From sequence record DRR378314_1742: a stretch of 32,212 nucleotides of DNA; one strand, 5' to 3'. The translations under genes and the position numbers were made by a program. The notes below the pieces were generated by a model. That model was given only the letters and a program-made list of their open reading frames with translations, had not been told where the DNA came from and did no database searches. This document shows, piece after piece, positions 1 through 10,513 of this stretch (its first letter is position 1; each line of letters begins with the position of its first letter).

Positions 1-737
1 TCACGATCTTTACAATTAACCGACCTGAGGTTCGAAATGCCTGTGACATGGAGACCGTTCGCGGTCTTCATGACGCCTTTGCCGATTTTGAAAAAAATGA
101 AACTGCCCTGATCGGCATCTTAACCGGCGCGGGTAACTTTTTTAGCGCCGGCGCCGATCTCGCAGAAGTTTCATCAGGTGCCTCGATCGGGTTCAGTTGG
201 GCAGGAACTGATAAAGGCGCAACCCGCCGACGCCTGTCAAAACCTGTCATCGCCGCCATAGAAGGCCATGCGGTTGCCGCTGGCCTGGCGCTTGCCGTCT
301 GGTGCGATTTACGAGTTGCCAGTGAAAGTGCCGTTTTTGGGGTTTTTTGCCGGCGTTTTGGTGGCCCTATGCCAAACGGTGCCACGGTACGCCTGCCCCG
401 TATTATCGGGGAGAGCCGAGCCCTGGATATGTTGATGACAGGCCGACCTGTTGAAGCCAAAGAAGCCTATCATATGGGGCTTGCTGATCGGCTTGTTCCA
501 GCAGGACAGGCCTTACAAAAAGCTAAAGAACTTGCCCTAGAACTGGCAAGCTTTCCCCAAACCGCCCTGCTTTGTGACCGGCATTCGGCAATCACCCAGT
601 GGGATTACAGCGAAAAAGACGCAATCGATCGAGAGATTGAAGGTGCAAAGCCCGCCTTTACAGATACATTTCAAGGAGGTGCTGGCCAGTTTGTGCAGGG
701 AACGGGGCGGCATGGCCAGTTTGAAAAACCACACTAA
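1..737 (+). CDS. Crotonase/enoyl-CoA hydratase family protein, 5'-truncated by the window edge
   Basis: Frame is open from position 3 (TIFTINRPEVRNACDM), so the start lies upstream. Motifs FSAGADL, KPVIAAIEGHAVAAG, CDLRVA and FGVFCRRFG; stop TAA at 735-737. Confidence 0.9.
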   Translation, partial: TIFTINRPEVRNACDMETVRGLHDAFADFEKNETALIGILTGAGNFFSAGADLAEVSSGASIGFSWAGTDKGATRRRLSKPVIAAIEGHAVAAGLALAVWCDLRVASESAVFGVFCRRFGGPMPNGATVRLPRIIGESRALDMLMTGRPVEAKEAYHMGLADRLVPAGQALQKAKELALELASFPQTALLCDRHSAITQWDYSEKDAIDREIEGAKPAFTDTFQGGAGQFVQGTGRHGQFEKPH

Positions 738-751
738 CCCGTCACTTTCGC

Positions 752-1546
752 CTAACGCCCTTTAAAATCCGGATCCCGTTTTTCTAGGAAAGCATTGATC
801 CCTTCGGCATAATCTTCGGTGAGGGTGGTGAGGGTATATTGATCAACATCCATAAAGCTGGTCGCCTGATTAAGGGCGTTAGCGGCAGCGCTGGCCCCTT
901 TCTTGATCATCCGGACCGGAATTGGGGGACGAGCTGCAATTTTTTTGGCATATTCAAGTGCCAATTCATAGGCACTCGTTTCTTGCGTGATTTCTTCGAT
1001 CAGGCCCCAGCTTTTGGCATCATCGGCAGATATGATATCGGCCACGATACAGAGTTGCTTGGTGCGCGCCGGTCCCATCAGGTTGACCATCCGGGGAACT
1101 GAATTCCAGCTCATATTCATTCCATTTCGAATTTCCGGGACGTAGAACTTAGCCGTTTTTGTCGCCACCCGCATATCCAGTGCAACAGAAAGCGCGACGC
1201 CGCCACCGATACAATATCCATCAATTGCAGTAATCGTCATTGGCTCGATTGCCTCCCATGCCTGACACATGCGAGGGCCGACCGATTGCATGATCCGCCG
1301 CTCCAGAATACCGGCTTGCATTCTGGCTTTGGCCGCTGGACTTTTCAGATCAAACCCGGCCGAGAAATTCTTGCCATTTCCGGTCAGGATCACTGCATTC
1401 GTTTCCGTATCCTGCTCAAACGAGCGGGCCACATCGGTCAGTTCCTCCATTGCCTCCACAGATAAGGGGTTGAGATCCTGCCCCCGATCAAAGCGAACCG
1501 TTGCAATGCGATTTTCCTTGTGAACAGATACGTACTTGTAGCTCAT
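752..1546 (-). CDS. Enoyl-CoA hydratase/isomerase family protein (264 aa)
   Basis: Motifs FSAGFDL, AIDGYCIGGG, PE and C-terminal EGINAFLEKRDPDFKGR. Start moved to ATG 1546 (MSYKYVSV), preceded by AAAGGGGAAAG; the longer ORF-track start would overlap the divergent DUF1330 gene. Confidence 0.9.
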   Translation of the reverse strand: MSYKYVSVHKENRIATVRFDRGQDLNPLSVEAMEELTDVARSFEQDTETNAVILTGNGKNFSAGFDLKSPAAKARMQAGILERRIMQSVGPRMCQAWEAIEPMTITAIDGYCIGGGVALSVALDMRVATKTAKFYVPEIRNGMNMSWNSVPRMVNLMGPARTKQLCIVADIISADDAKSWGLIEEITQETSAYELALEYAKKIAARPPIPVRMIKKGASAAANALNQATSFMDVDQYTLTTLTEDYAEGINAFLEKRDPDFKGR

Positions 1547-1612
1547 AACTTTCCCCTTTATTGTTTTTTCTTCAGCATATCTATGAAAATGCAAGAACAG
1601 AAGGAAAGTTTT

Positions 1613-1912
1613 ATGACCGCTTATATGATTGCCCGTATCAACGTGACAGATCCCGAGCAATATGAAGAGTACAAAGCTCTCGCCCCGATAGCGGTCCATA
1701 AATTTGGCGGCCAGTATCTTACCCGAGGCGGTGCAATGGAAACATTGGAGGGTGAGAACGAGACCTTACGTGTTGTGGTGCTCAGCTTTCCGGACATGGA
1801 CAGCGCCCGGGCATGTTACAACAGCCCTGAATACACCAAGGCACGTGACGCTCGATCGGCTGCAGCAACCGCTCAGTTCATTATCCTTGATGGCTACACA
1901 CCAGCCGAATGA
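1613..1912 (+). CDS. DUF1330 domain protein (99 aa)
   Basis: MTAYMIARINVTDPEQYEEYK...FGGQYLTRGG...VVVLSFPDMDSARACYNSPEY is the DUF1330 pattern; AAGGA SD before ATG 1613. Confidence 0.9.
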   Translation: MTAYMIARINVTDPEQYEEYKALAPIAVHKFGGQYLTRGGAMETLEGENETLRVVVLSFPDMDSARACYNSPEYTKARDARSAAATAQFIILDGYTPAE

Positions 1913-2971
1913 TCAGATGTCCAGATCTCCTGCGGCCAGCGGATCAAAATAGACTGCAATATCCGCCTCACTCACTTTGTCCAGCTCCGCAGGTGACCAT
2001 TTAGGGTCCTGATCCTTATCTACCAGAAGCGCACGAACACCTTCATAGAAGTCAACGCCCTTGATAACCCGGTTGACCATGCGCCATTCCAGCTTCATGC
2101 AGGCATCAAAGTTTTTGTTAGCCCCTTCGCGGATCTGACGGAAAGTCAATTCCAGACTGGTTGGTGATTTCACTTTCAGATCTTTTACAGTCCGAACCGC
2201 CCATTCATCATCTTCCTGATCCAGACCGGAAATGATTTCCTTCACAGATGAAGCACAAAAATGCCGATCAATCATGAGTTTCATGGTTTCAAGACCAGCC
2301 GGGCCCGGATCCCCTTCAAACTGACTGATAATCGCACCGACTTCCGCATGAGCATCCGCTGAATAGGTTTTAGCCGCAAGGGCTGCCTCCAACGCTGCCA
2401 ACTGATCGCTTTGTACAAAAGAATTGGCTACACCTGCGTAGAGGGTGTCTGCAGCTTTCAATCGTTGACCGGTCAGGCCTAGATACATGCCAACTTCGCC
2501 GGGGCATCGGGGCAGAAAATAAGTTCCGCCCACATCCGGGAACAGGCCGATGCCGGTTTCAGGCATGGCAAACAGGGTTTTCTCAGTTGCGATCCGATGG
2601 CTTCCGTGCACCGAAACGCCAACACCACCGCCCATGACAATACCGTCAATCAACGCGATATAGGGTTTTGGAAAATGCTTAACCCGGGCGTTGCAGACAT
2701 ATTCATCATGATAAAAGCGCGCCGGGTAATCGCCCCCATCCTTGCCTTCTTCATACAGCTTGACCACATCGCCGCCTGCACAAAACGCCTTGTCACCAGC
2801 CCCTTTGATCAGAACGGCGGATACCGAGCTGTCTTTGGCCCATTCCTGTAGCTTCTGATCAAGGGCTATCGCCATTTCATGTGTCAATGCATTCAAGGCC
2901 TTAGGGCGATTGAGAAGGATAATCCCAAGCTCGCCTTTCTGCTCAAATCCAATTTCCGGCATTTCTGACAT
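1913..2971 (-). CDS. 3-hydroxyisobutyryl-CoA hydrolase-like crotonase
   Basis: LNRPKALNAL, AFCAGGDV, DGIVMGGGVG, FAMPETGIGLFPDVG (catalytic Glu and Asp) and DFYEGVRALLVDKDQDPKW; 11 bp downstream of the acyl-CoA dehydrogenase. Confidence 0.92.
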   Translation of the reverse strand: MSEMPEIGFEQKGELGIILLNRPKALNALTHEMAIALDQKLQEWAKDSSVSAVLIKGAGDKAFCAGGDVVKLYEEGKDGGDYPARFYHDEYVCNARVKHFPKPYIALIDGIVMGGGVGVSVHGSHRIATEKTLFAMPETGIGLFPDVGGTYFLPRCPGEVGMYLGLTGQRLKAADTLYAGVANSFVQSDQLAALEAALAAKTYSADAHAEVGAIISQFEGDPGPAGLETMKLMIDRHFCASSVKEIISGLDQEDDEWAVRTVKDLKVKSPTSLELTFRQIREGANKNFDACMKLEWRMVNRVIKGVDFYEGVRALLVDKDQDPKWSPAELDKVSEADIAVYFDPLAAGDLDI

Positions 2972-2982
2972 GGTCTTACTTT

Positions 2983-4122
2983 CTACCCATCCTGCAATTT
3001 GCGGGAGATCACCACCCGCATTATTTCGTTTGTTCCTTCAAGTATCTGGTGGACCCGTGTATCGCGGACAAAACGCTCAATCGGGAAATCTCTTAGATAA
3101 CCGTACCCACCATGCAGTTGTAGCGCCTGATTGCAAACATTAAATCCGACGTCTGTGGCAAATCTTTTTGCCATGGCACAGAAAAGCGTAGCATCCGCAG
3201 TTTTGGCATCAAGTTTGGTTGCTGCCTGATGGATCATCAGGCGTGCAGCCTCCAGTTCTGTCGCCATATCCGCAAGGGTGAACTGCACTCCCTGAAAGCT
3301 GCCAACGGCTTTGCCGAACTGCTTTCGATCACCGGTATATTCCAGCGCGGCATCAAGGCAGGCTTGGGCTGCACCAATTGAGCAGGCCCCGATATTCAGC
3401 CGCCCGCCGTCCAAGCCCATCATGGCAATTTTGAAGCCTTGCCCCTCTTCCCCGATGAGATTTTCGACCGGTACGCGGCAATCATCAAACAAAACTTGCG
3501 CAGTGGGCTGGGAGTTCCAGCCCATTTTGCGTTCCTGGGCGCCAAAGCTGATCCCTTCGACTTCTTTAGGAATGGCTATACAGCTCACCCCACCCGGACC
3601 CTCATCGCCGGTTCGAACCATTGTCACATAAACATCAGTTTTTCCCCCGCCAGAGATAAAAGCCTTTCCGCCATTGATCACATAATGATCCCCATCCCGA
3701 ACGGCCCGGGTTTTCAATGCCGCCGCATCAGAACCAGCCCCGGGTTCTGTCAGGCAGTAACTGGCAAAATGCTCCATCGTTGTGAGTTTTGGCAAAAACT
3801 TGGCGCGGACCTGATCAGATCCGAAACAGTCGATCATCCAACTGGCCATATTATGTATGGAAATATATGCGGCAGTAGACGTGCAGCCCGCCGCCAGTTC
3901 TTCGAATATGATTGCCGCGTCCAGACGGGAGAGTGCGGAGCCGCCATGCTCTTCACCCACATAGATCCCCGCAAAACCCAATTCAGCCGCCTGTTGCAGT
4001 TCTGCGACGGGGAAGATTTTTTCTTCATCCCATCGTTCCGCGTTCGGTGCGAACACGTCCGTTGCAAAGGACCGTGCCATGCCTTGAAAAGCCTGCTGAT
4101 CTTCAGTCAGATTGAAATTCAT
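2983..4122 (-). CDS. Isobutyryl-CoA dehydrogenase (ACAD8-like acyl-CoA dehydrogenase)
   Basis: YISIHNM, SYCLTEPGAGSDAAAL, KMGWNSQPT, QLHGGYGYL and RVHQILEGTNEIMR are typical of the isobutyryl-CoA dehydrogenase subfamily. Confidence 0.92.
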   Translation of the reverse strand: MNFNLTEDQQAFQGMARSFATDVFAPNAERWDEEKIFPVAELQQAAELGFAGIYVGEEHGGSALSRLDAAIIFEELAAGCTSTAAYISIHNMASWMIDCFGSDQVRAKFLPKLTTMEHFASYCLTEPGAGSDAAALKTRAVRDGDHYVINGGKAFISGGGKTDVYVTMVRTGDEGPGGVSCIAIPKEVEGISFGAQERKMGWNSQPTAQVLFDDCRVPVENLIGEEGQGFKIAMMGLDGGRLNIGACSIGAAQACLDAALEYTGDRKQFGKAVGSFQGVQFTLADMATELEAARLMIHQAATKLDAKTADATLFCAMAKRFATDVGFNVCNQALQLHGGYGYLRDFPIERFVRDTRVHQILEGTNEIMRVVISRKLQDG

Positions 4123-4152
4123 TTTTTCTGTTTCCTCTGTTTCCCTATCCTA

Positions 4153-4181
4153 CAGATACGGTCTGCCTCTGGATCTGTCAA
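4153..4181 (-). promoter_or_regulatory. Putative sigma70 promoter of the acyl-CoA dehydrogenase/hydrolase operon
   Basis: Minus strand reads TTGACA (4181-4176), 17 nt spacer, TATCTG (4158-4153), about 30 nt before the ATG. Confidence 0.5.
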
Positions 4182-4186
4182 CGATG

Positions 4187-4204
4187 ACCTAACGATCGTT
4201 TGGT
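4187..4204. promoter_or_regulatory. 18-bp near-perfect palindrome, putative operator
   Basis: ACCTAACGATCGTTTGGT, with 8 of 9 positions pairing, in the divergent acd/hemB intergenic region. Confidence 0.55.
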
Positions 4205-4215
4205 GAACTTTTTAG

Positions 4216-5316
<1,101 letters not shown>

Positions 5317-5381
5317 ATTCCGTTCAGCCCAAAGCCCTGACATCCTAACCCTGATGACAGCCAGCTTTCAAAGCAGCGCGA

Positions 5382-6524
5382 TCAAGACGTCAATGCCTGC
5401 TTTAAATCCGCAATCAAATCATCCGCGGTTTCAATACCTACCGACAAACGCAGCAGATCAACAGGACACGGGGTTCCCGCCCCTTCAATACTCGCCCGAT
5501 GTTCCACCAGGCTTTCCACCCCACCAAGGGAGGTTGCCCGCTTGAAAAGGCTCAGCCGTCCGGCCACATCCATTGCCGCCTGCTCTCCGCCCTTGATGCG
5601 AATGCTGAGCATGCCCCCAAAGCCGCCTGACATTTGACGCTGGCTCACCTCAAATCCTTGCGATCCGGGTAGACCGGGATATAACACCTCTTCGATATTT
5701 GGATGCGCGCTCATAGCCTCTGCGATGTTCAGGGCATTTTCCGAAGCTCTTTGCACGCGCAAATGCAAGGTCCGCATGCCGCGCATCAACAGCCAGGCTT
5801 CAAAGGGCCCAAGGACAGCGCCGCCGGCATTGCGAATGCGGCGAAGTCGCTGCCAATAGTCTGTATCTGACCGAGTGGTGAGGGTTCCGGCTAGAACATC
5901 TGAATGACCGTTCAGATATTTGGTGGCTGAATGCATGACAATATCAGCGCCCAAGGTCAGCGGTTGGGTCAAAACCGGAGTTGCCACCGTACTATCCACG
6001 GCGAGAATTGCCCCCGCCTCTTTTGCGAGCTGGGCCCAGGCAGCGATATCATCGACAACCCATGTGGGATTGGCGGGTGTTTCCATCCAAAGAAGTTTTG
6101 TTTTACCGGGGATCACCGCAGCCTTAACCGCGTCTAAGTTCCCATTTTCAACGAATGTGGCTTCAATGCCGTAGTCAGCACCCAAGGTCAAAATCCAGTT
6201 ACGAAGCGCCCAGTACATAACTTTGGGTGCGATCACATGATCACCAGCTTTCAGACCCTGAAAAACAGTAACTGCCGCCGCCATGCCCGAGGCAAAAAGC
6301 ATGCTCTCAGCCCCTTGCTCCAGCGTTGAGAGGAGTTGCTCTGGCTGATCGTAATTTGGGTTCTGATCCCGGGAATAAACGCGACCGGTTGGATAGCTAC
6401 CATCGATTTCGCGCTCAAAAGTCGTGCTGGGATAGATACCCGGAATAACCCCTTTCGAGCTTTCTTCCATCCAGCCCATCCCCTGGGCAATCGCGGTCTC
6501 AGATGAAATATTTTTTTTGGTCAC
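5382..6524 (-). CDS. Cys/Met metabolism PLP-dependent enzyme (cystathionine gamma-synthase/lyase family)
   Basis: FASGMAA, ETPANPT, HSATKYLNGHSDV (PLP Lys), ATSLGGVESLVEH and LRLSVGIE; GTG start after AGGA. Confidence 0.92.
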   Translation of the reverse strand: MTKKNISSETAIAQGMGWMEESSKGVIPGIYPSTTFEREIDGSYPTGRVYSRDQNPNYDQPEQLLSTLEQGAESMLFASGMAAAVTVFQGLKAGDHVIAPKVMYWALRNWILTLGADYGIEATFVENGNLDAVKAAVIPGKTKLLWMETPANPTWVVDDIAAWAQLAKEAGAILAVDSTVATPVLTQPLTLGADIVMHSATKYLNGHSDVLAGTLTTRSDTDYWQRLRRIRNAGGAVLGPFEAWLLMRGMRTLHLRVQRASENALNIAEAMSAHPNIEEVLYPGLPGSQGFEVSQRQMSGGFGGMLSIRIKGGEQAAMDVAGRLSLFKRATSLGGVESLVEHRASIEGAGTPCPVDLLRLSVGIETADDLIADLKQALTS

Positions 6525-6623
6525 AGATAATTCCTACTCACAAATACAACAGTTTTGGCGTCCCAGACATAATCCCTGTCTGCTAATTGATTTCTCATTT
6601 AACCCGGCGAGGTTTTCCTTCAA

Positions 6624-7040
6624 ATGACATCCGCCCCCCAGCAGCTAGCAACCTTGATAAACACAGAAAGACGCATTCGGGATCTTCCAAAGTTAGCATT
6701 TAATCAATCGTTGAACCAAGCAGCAAGACTGCAGTCCCAACATATGTTTGATATTAAGCTCTTAACCCACAAAGGAAAAGACAACAGTCGCGTTCAAGAT
6801 CGCCTTCTTGCTAGTGGCTACAAAGCGGCAATGCTGGCTGAAAATGTTGCCGTTTGCGACGGTCAGGCGCAGACAGTCCTCACCCTCTGGATGCAAAGCC
6901 CGGCGCACCGGTTAAACCTGCTTAACCCCAATTATAATGATATTGGGATTGCCGTCGTGCCAGAGCCGTACAAGGGCGGCAAAACCCTGTCCTCCTATTG
7001 GACAATCTGCCTCGCCGCACCGGTTTCTGGATCCGTGTGA
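6624..7040 (+). CDS. CAP/SCP (YkwD-like) domain protein
   Basis: LINTERR, LNQAARLQSQHM, ENVA, WMQSPAHRLNLLNPNYNDIGIA and YWT match the bacterial CAP domain. Confidence 0.88.
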   Translation: MTSAPQQLATLINTERRIRDLPKLAFNQSLNQAARLQSQHMFDIKLLTHKGKDNSRVQDRLLASGYKAAMLAENVAVCDGQAQTVLTLWMQSPAHRLNLLNPNYNDIGIAVVPEPYKGGKTLSSYWTICLAAPVSGSV

Positions 7041-7922
7041 TCAGGTCTCACTTAACCGGCGGAGCCGGGAGACGAGACTTGAAGTATCTTTTCGCCCGCC
7101 GCCCATATTCTGAATATCAGAATAGAACTGATCGACCAGCGCAGTAACAGGTAGGGAGGCGCCAATCCGATCGGCCGTATCAAGGCAAATGCCCAGATCT
7201 TTGCGCATCCAGTCAACAGCAAACCCAAAGTCAAAGTCATCAGCAATCATCGTTTTATGACGATTTTCCATCTGCCAGCTTTGGGCCGCCCCTTTGGAAA
7301 TGGCTTCTATCACTTTCTCGGCGTCCAACCCGGCTTTCTGGGCGAAATGAATACCTTCGGAAAGGCCCTGAACCAGTCCGGCAATACAAATCTGATTGAC
7401 CATCTTTGTCATCTGTCCAGCGCCAACACCGCCCATCAATTTACAGGACTGAGCGTAAGCATCAATGGCAACAGCAGCCGCATCAAAGGTGGTTTGGTCA
7501 CCGCCGCACATCACGGTCAGCACGCCGTTTTCAGCGCCCGCCTGCCCGCCGGAAACCGGCGCGTCGACAAATCCAATACCATTTTTCTTACCAATGGCCG
7601 CAAGCTCCATAGCGACATCAGATGAGGCCGTCGTATGGTCAATAAAAATACTGCCTTCCGACATTCCGGCAAAAGCACCCTCTTCTCCCAGAACCACTCC
7701 CCTGAGATCATCGTCATTGCCAACGCAGGCCATCACCAGATCTGATCCTTCTGACGCTTCCCGTGGGGTTTTAGCGAACGAGCCGCCATATTCGGCAACC
7801 CATTTTTCAGCTTTCTCAGTTGTCCGATTGTAGACGGTGACATCATATCCAGCCTTCTGCAGAAAACCGGCCATGGGATAGCCCATCACACCAAGCCCAA
7901 TAAATGTTGCTGTCTTGCTCAT
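7041..7922 (-). CDS. NAD(P)-dependent beta-hydroxyacid dehydrogenase (3-hydroxyisobutyrate dehydrogenase/GlxR family)
   Basis: FIGLGVMGYPMA, DAPVSGGQAGA, TKMVNQI (catalytic Lys) and KDLG. Start set to ATG 7922 after a strong CAGGAGGT SD. Confidence 0.93.
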   Translation of the reverse strand: MSKTATFIGLGVMGYPMAGFLQKAGYDVTVYNRTTEKAEKWVAEYGGSFAKTPREASEGSDLVMACVGNDDDLRGVVLGEEGAFAGMSEGSIFIDHTTASSDVAMELAAIGKKNGIGFVDAPVSGGQAGAENGVLTVMCGGDQTTFDAAAVAIDAYAQSCKLMGGVGAGQMTKMVNQICIAGLVQGLSEGIHFAQKAGLDAEKVIEAISKGAAQSWQMENRHKTMIADDFDFGFAVDWMRKDLGICLDTADRIGASLPVTALVDQFYSDIQNMGGGRKDTSSLVSRLRRLSET

Positions 7923-8087
7923 CGCCAATACCTCCTGATTGTTCGTTGATATTGTTCTACTGAACATGGTTCCGCCTGAAAAGCGGAAACTGCACCGCGC
8001 CTTGATTGGCCGAGTTTTGCATCCCTATTGAATTTTGCCGACTGACGGACCAGAATGCGGCCATCGCATTATTGATCCGGGATCTGC

Positions 8088-10490
8088 ATGATAAAAAAAA
8101 CGTTTCTGGGAATTAGCCTGGTGGCCATCCTCATCTTGGTTGGCCTTTTTTTCTATGCGCGATCCTCATTGCCGCAACTGAATGGCGAGGTTTATGTCAC
8201 GGGCCTGTCCAATGAAATTCGCATCGTCCGGGACGAACATGCTGTTCCTCATATTGAAGGCAAATCGGTTGCCGATGTCTCGTTTGGTCTGGGCTATGTC
8301 CATGCCCAGGACCGCCTTTGGCAAATGGAAATGAACCGGCGGATCGGTGCCGGACGACTAGCCGAAATTCTGGGCGAAGCTGCTTTGGGGCGGGATAAAT
8401 TTCTGCGCACCGTCGGCTTTTACCGGGCGGCAAAGCGAACACACGCGCGGCTTTCCGATGAAACTAAACAGCTTCTCACCGCCTATACCAATGGTGTGAA
8501 TGCCTATCTGAAATCCCGAAAAGGCGCTTTACCCCCTGAGTTTCTGCTCCTCAATATAGAGCCTGAAAAATGGACAATTGCAGATTCGCTTGTCTGGATG
8601 AAAATGATGTCCTGGAACCTTAGCAAAAACATCTGGGATGAAATTGAGCGAATGCGCCTCAGTAAAATAATGACGGCGCGGCAGATGAAAGAATTTCTGC
8701 CTCCCTTCCCCGGAGATCAGCCACCAGAGCTTCCCCGTTTCAAAGACTATGATCAGTTTAGCCAGTCCGCCCTACAACAACTGGCGGCAGCAGTGGGTGA
8801 TCGGGTTCCAGAAGGTGTCGGCTCCAACAACTGGGTTGTTTCTGGCCAAAACACACGATCCGGAAAACCGCTTCTGGCCAATGATCCCCACTTGGGTCTT
8901 TCAGCGCCCTCCATCTGGTATTTCGCTCATTTAAAAACCCCATCCCTGAACGCAATCGGCGCAACCCTGCCCGGCCTGCCCGGCGTCATCATTGGCCGAA
9001 ATGATCACATTGCATGGGGTTACACCAACACAGCGCCGGATGTGCAGGATCTGTATCTGGAAAAAATAAAACCGGATGACCCTCGCTTTTATAAAACACC
9101 GGATGGCTGGGCAGAATTCGAAACCCGATCCGAGGTCATCAAGGTCAAGGATGCAGAAGATGTCACCATCACGGTCCGGACAACCCGTCATGGCCCGGTC
9201 ATCTCTGATGTGATCGGTGGATATGGAGACGCGGTACCGGACGCGATGGTCATGGCTTTGGCCTGGACAGCGCTTTCTGATGAGGATGTAACACCGGATG
9301 CAGCTCTTCCCATGATGAAGACCCGCAACTGGACCGAATTCAAACAGGCCATCAGAAGTTTCACCAGCCCGCAGCAGAATATGGTCTATGCGGATCGTGA
9401 CGGAAATATTGGCTATTATGCACCAGCCCGGGTTCCCATTCGCAAAACCCAAAATAAGGCGATGGGCCGCATACCGGTTCCCGGCTGGATCAGTGATTAC
9501 GACTGGACAGGCTTTATCCCATTTGAAGAACTTCCCCACTCCTACAACCCGACAAGCGGCAGGATTGCCACCGCCAATCAAAAAATTGTGGGGAAAGACT
9601 ATCCTCATCACATTACTTATGACTGGGCGTCTCCCTATCGCTGGCGGCGGATCACTGAACTGCTGGAGCAGGAGGATCAACACACCCTTGACACTTTCCG
9701 AGACATTCAGGCGGATATTTACTCCCATCTTGCCGACCAGTTTCTAGTCATATTGCAAACGACGAAACCCAACCATTCGCGAATGAGAGAGGCCCTAACC
9801 CTGCTATCCATTTGGGATGGGCGAATGAAGGCGGATGAGGCCGCGCCCCTAATTTACACGGCTTGGCTTCGAGAACTTAATAAAGCGGTTTATGCTGATG
9901 AACTGCAAGGTCTTGCCGCTGCCTATCTGCGGCAACGTCCTCAATTTCTGTTGAACGTTCTAACCAATTACAATGGTCAATCCAGCTGGTGCGATAACAT
10001 CACAAGCCAAGCCACAGAAACCTGCGCTGAACTCCTGGCAAGCTCATTAGATGCGGCGCTTACAGATCTTTCGAACAGATACGGCGAAGATATTTCGGAT
10101 TGGACCTGGGGGGAGGCCCATCAGGCTCATAGTGATCACTTACCCTTTTCCCAGGTATTCCCTCTTAATCTGCTATTTGATCTTAAGGTCCCCTCTGCCG
10201 GGGATACGTTCACCGTTAATGTGGGCCGTCACAATATCCGGGATGAGGAAAACCCCTTTACCAACCTGCATGCCGCATCTTTTAGAATGATCCACGATTT
10301 TTCAGATCTTGATCAATCTTTATATATTCAGTCAACAGGCCAGTCGGGGATTTTCTTTTCCCCCTATTATGACGACATGGTCGAAGACTGGGCGACGTTG
10401 AAATATCGCCAAATGTCGATGAAACCTGCTGATTATGAAAAATCATCAATTGGCAGTCTTTCCCTGAAACCTGAATGGGCAGCAGATTAA
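8088..10490 (+). CDS. Penicillin acylase family Ntn hydrolase (PvdQ/QuiP/cephalosporin acylase-like)
   Basis: N-terminal hydrophobic anchor; RDEHAVPHI, GYVHAQDRLWQME, GSNNWVVSG (beta-chain Ser nucleophile), LLANDPHL, TRHGPVI and GQSG. Confidence 0.95.
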   Translation: MIKKTFLGISLVAILILVGLFFYARSSLPQLNGEVYVTGLSNEIRIVRDEHAVPHIEGKSVADVSFGLGYVHAQDRLWQMEMNRRIGAGRLAEILGEAALGRDKFLRTVGFYRAAKRTHARLSDETKQLLTAYTNGVNAYLKSRKGALPPEFLLLNIEPEKWTIADSLVWMKMMSWNLSKNIWDEIERMRLSKIMTARQMKEFLPPFPGDQPPELPRFKDYDQFSQSALQQLAAAVGDRVPEGVGSNNWVVSGQNTRSGKPLLANDPHLGLSAPSIWYFAHLKTPSLNAIGATLPGLPGVIIGRNDHIAWGYTNTAPDVQDLYLEKIKPDDPRFYKTPDGWAEFETRSEVIKVKDAEDVTITVRTTRHGPVISDVIGGYGDAVPDAMVMALAWTALSDEDVTPDAALPMMKTRNWTEFKQAIRSFTSPQQNMVYADRDGNIGYYAPARVPIRKTQNKAMGRIPVPGWISDYDWTGFIPFEELPHSYNPTSGRIATANQKIVGKDYPHHITYDWASPYRWRRITELLEQEDQHTLDTFRDIQADIYSHLADQFLVILQTTKPNHSRMREALTLLSIWDGRMKADEAAPLIYTAWLRELNKAVYADELQGLAAAYLRQRPQFLLNVLTNYNGQSSWCDNITSQATETCAELLASSLDAALTDLSNRYGEDISDWTWGEAHQAHSDHLPFSQVFPLNLLFDLKVPSAGDTFTVNVGRHNIRDEENPFTNLHAASFRMIHDFSDLDQSLYIQSTGQSGIFFSPYYDDMVEDWATLKYRQMSMKPADYEKSSIGSLSLKPEWAAD

Positions 10491-10513
10491 AACCCAATCA
10501 AATTCCAAAACAC

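Noticed and set aside
3439..4206. Long antisense ORFs (also 8931-9728, 24521-25204, 25665-26369)
   Set aside because: They are shadows of well-supported genes on the opposite strand and have no recognisable motifs.
8006..8021. TTGGCCGAGTTTTGCA as a sigma54 promoter for the acylase
   Set aside because: The GG-to-GC spacing is 9 nt instead of the required 10.
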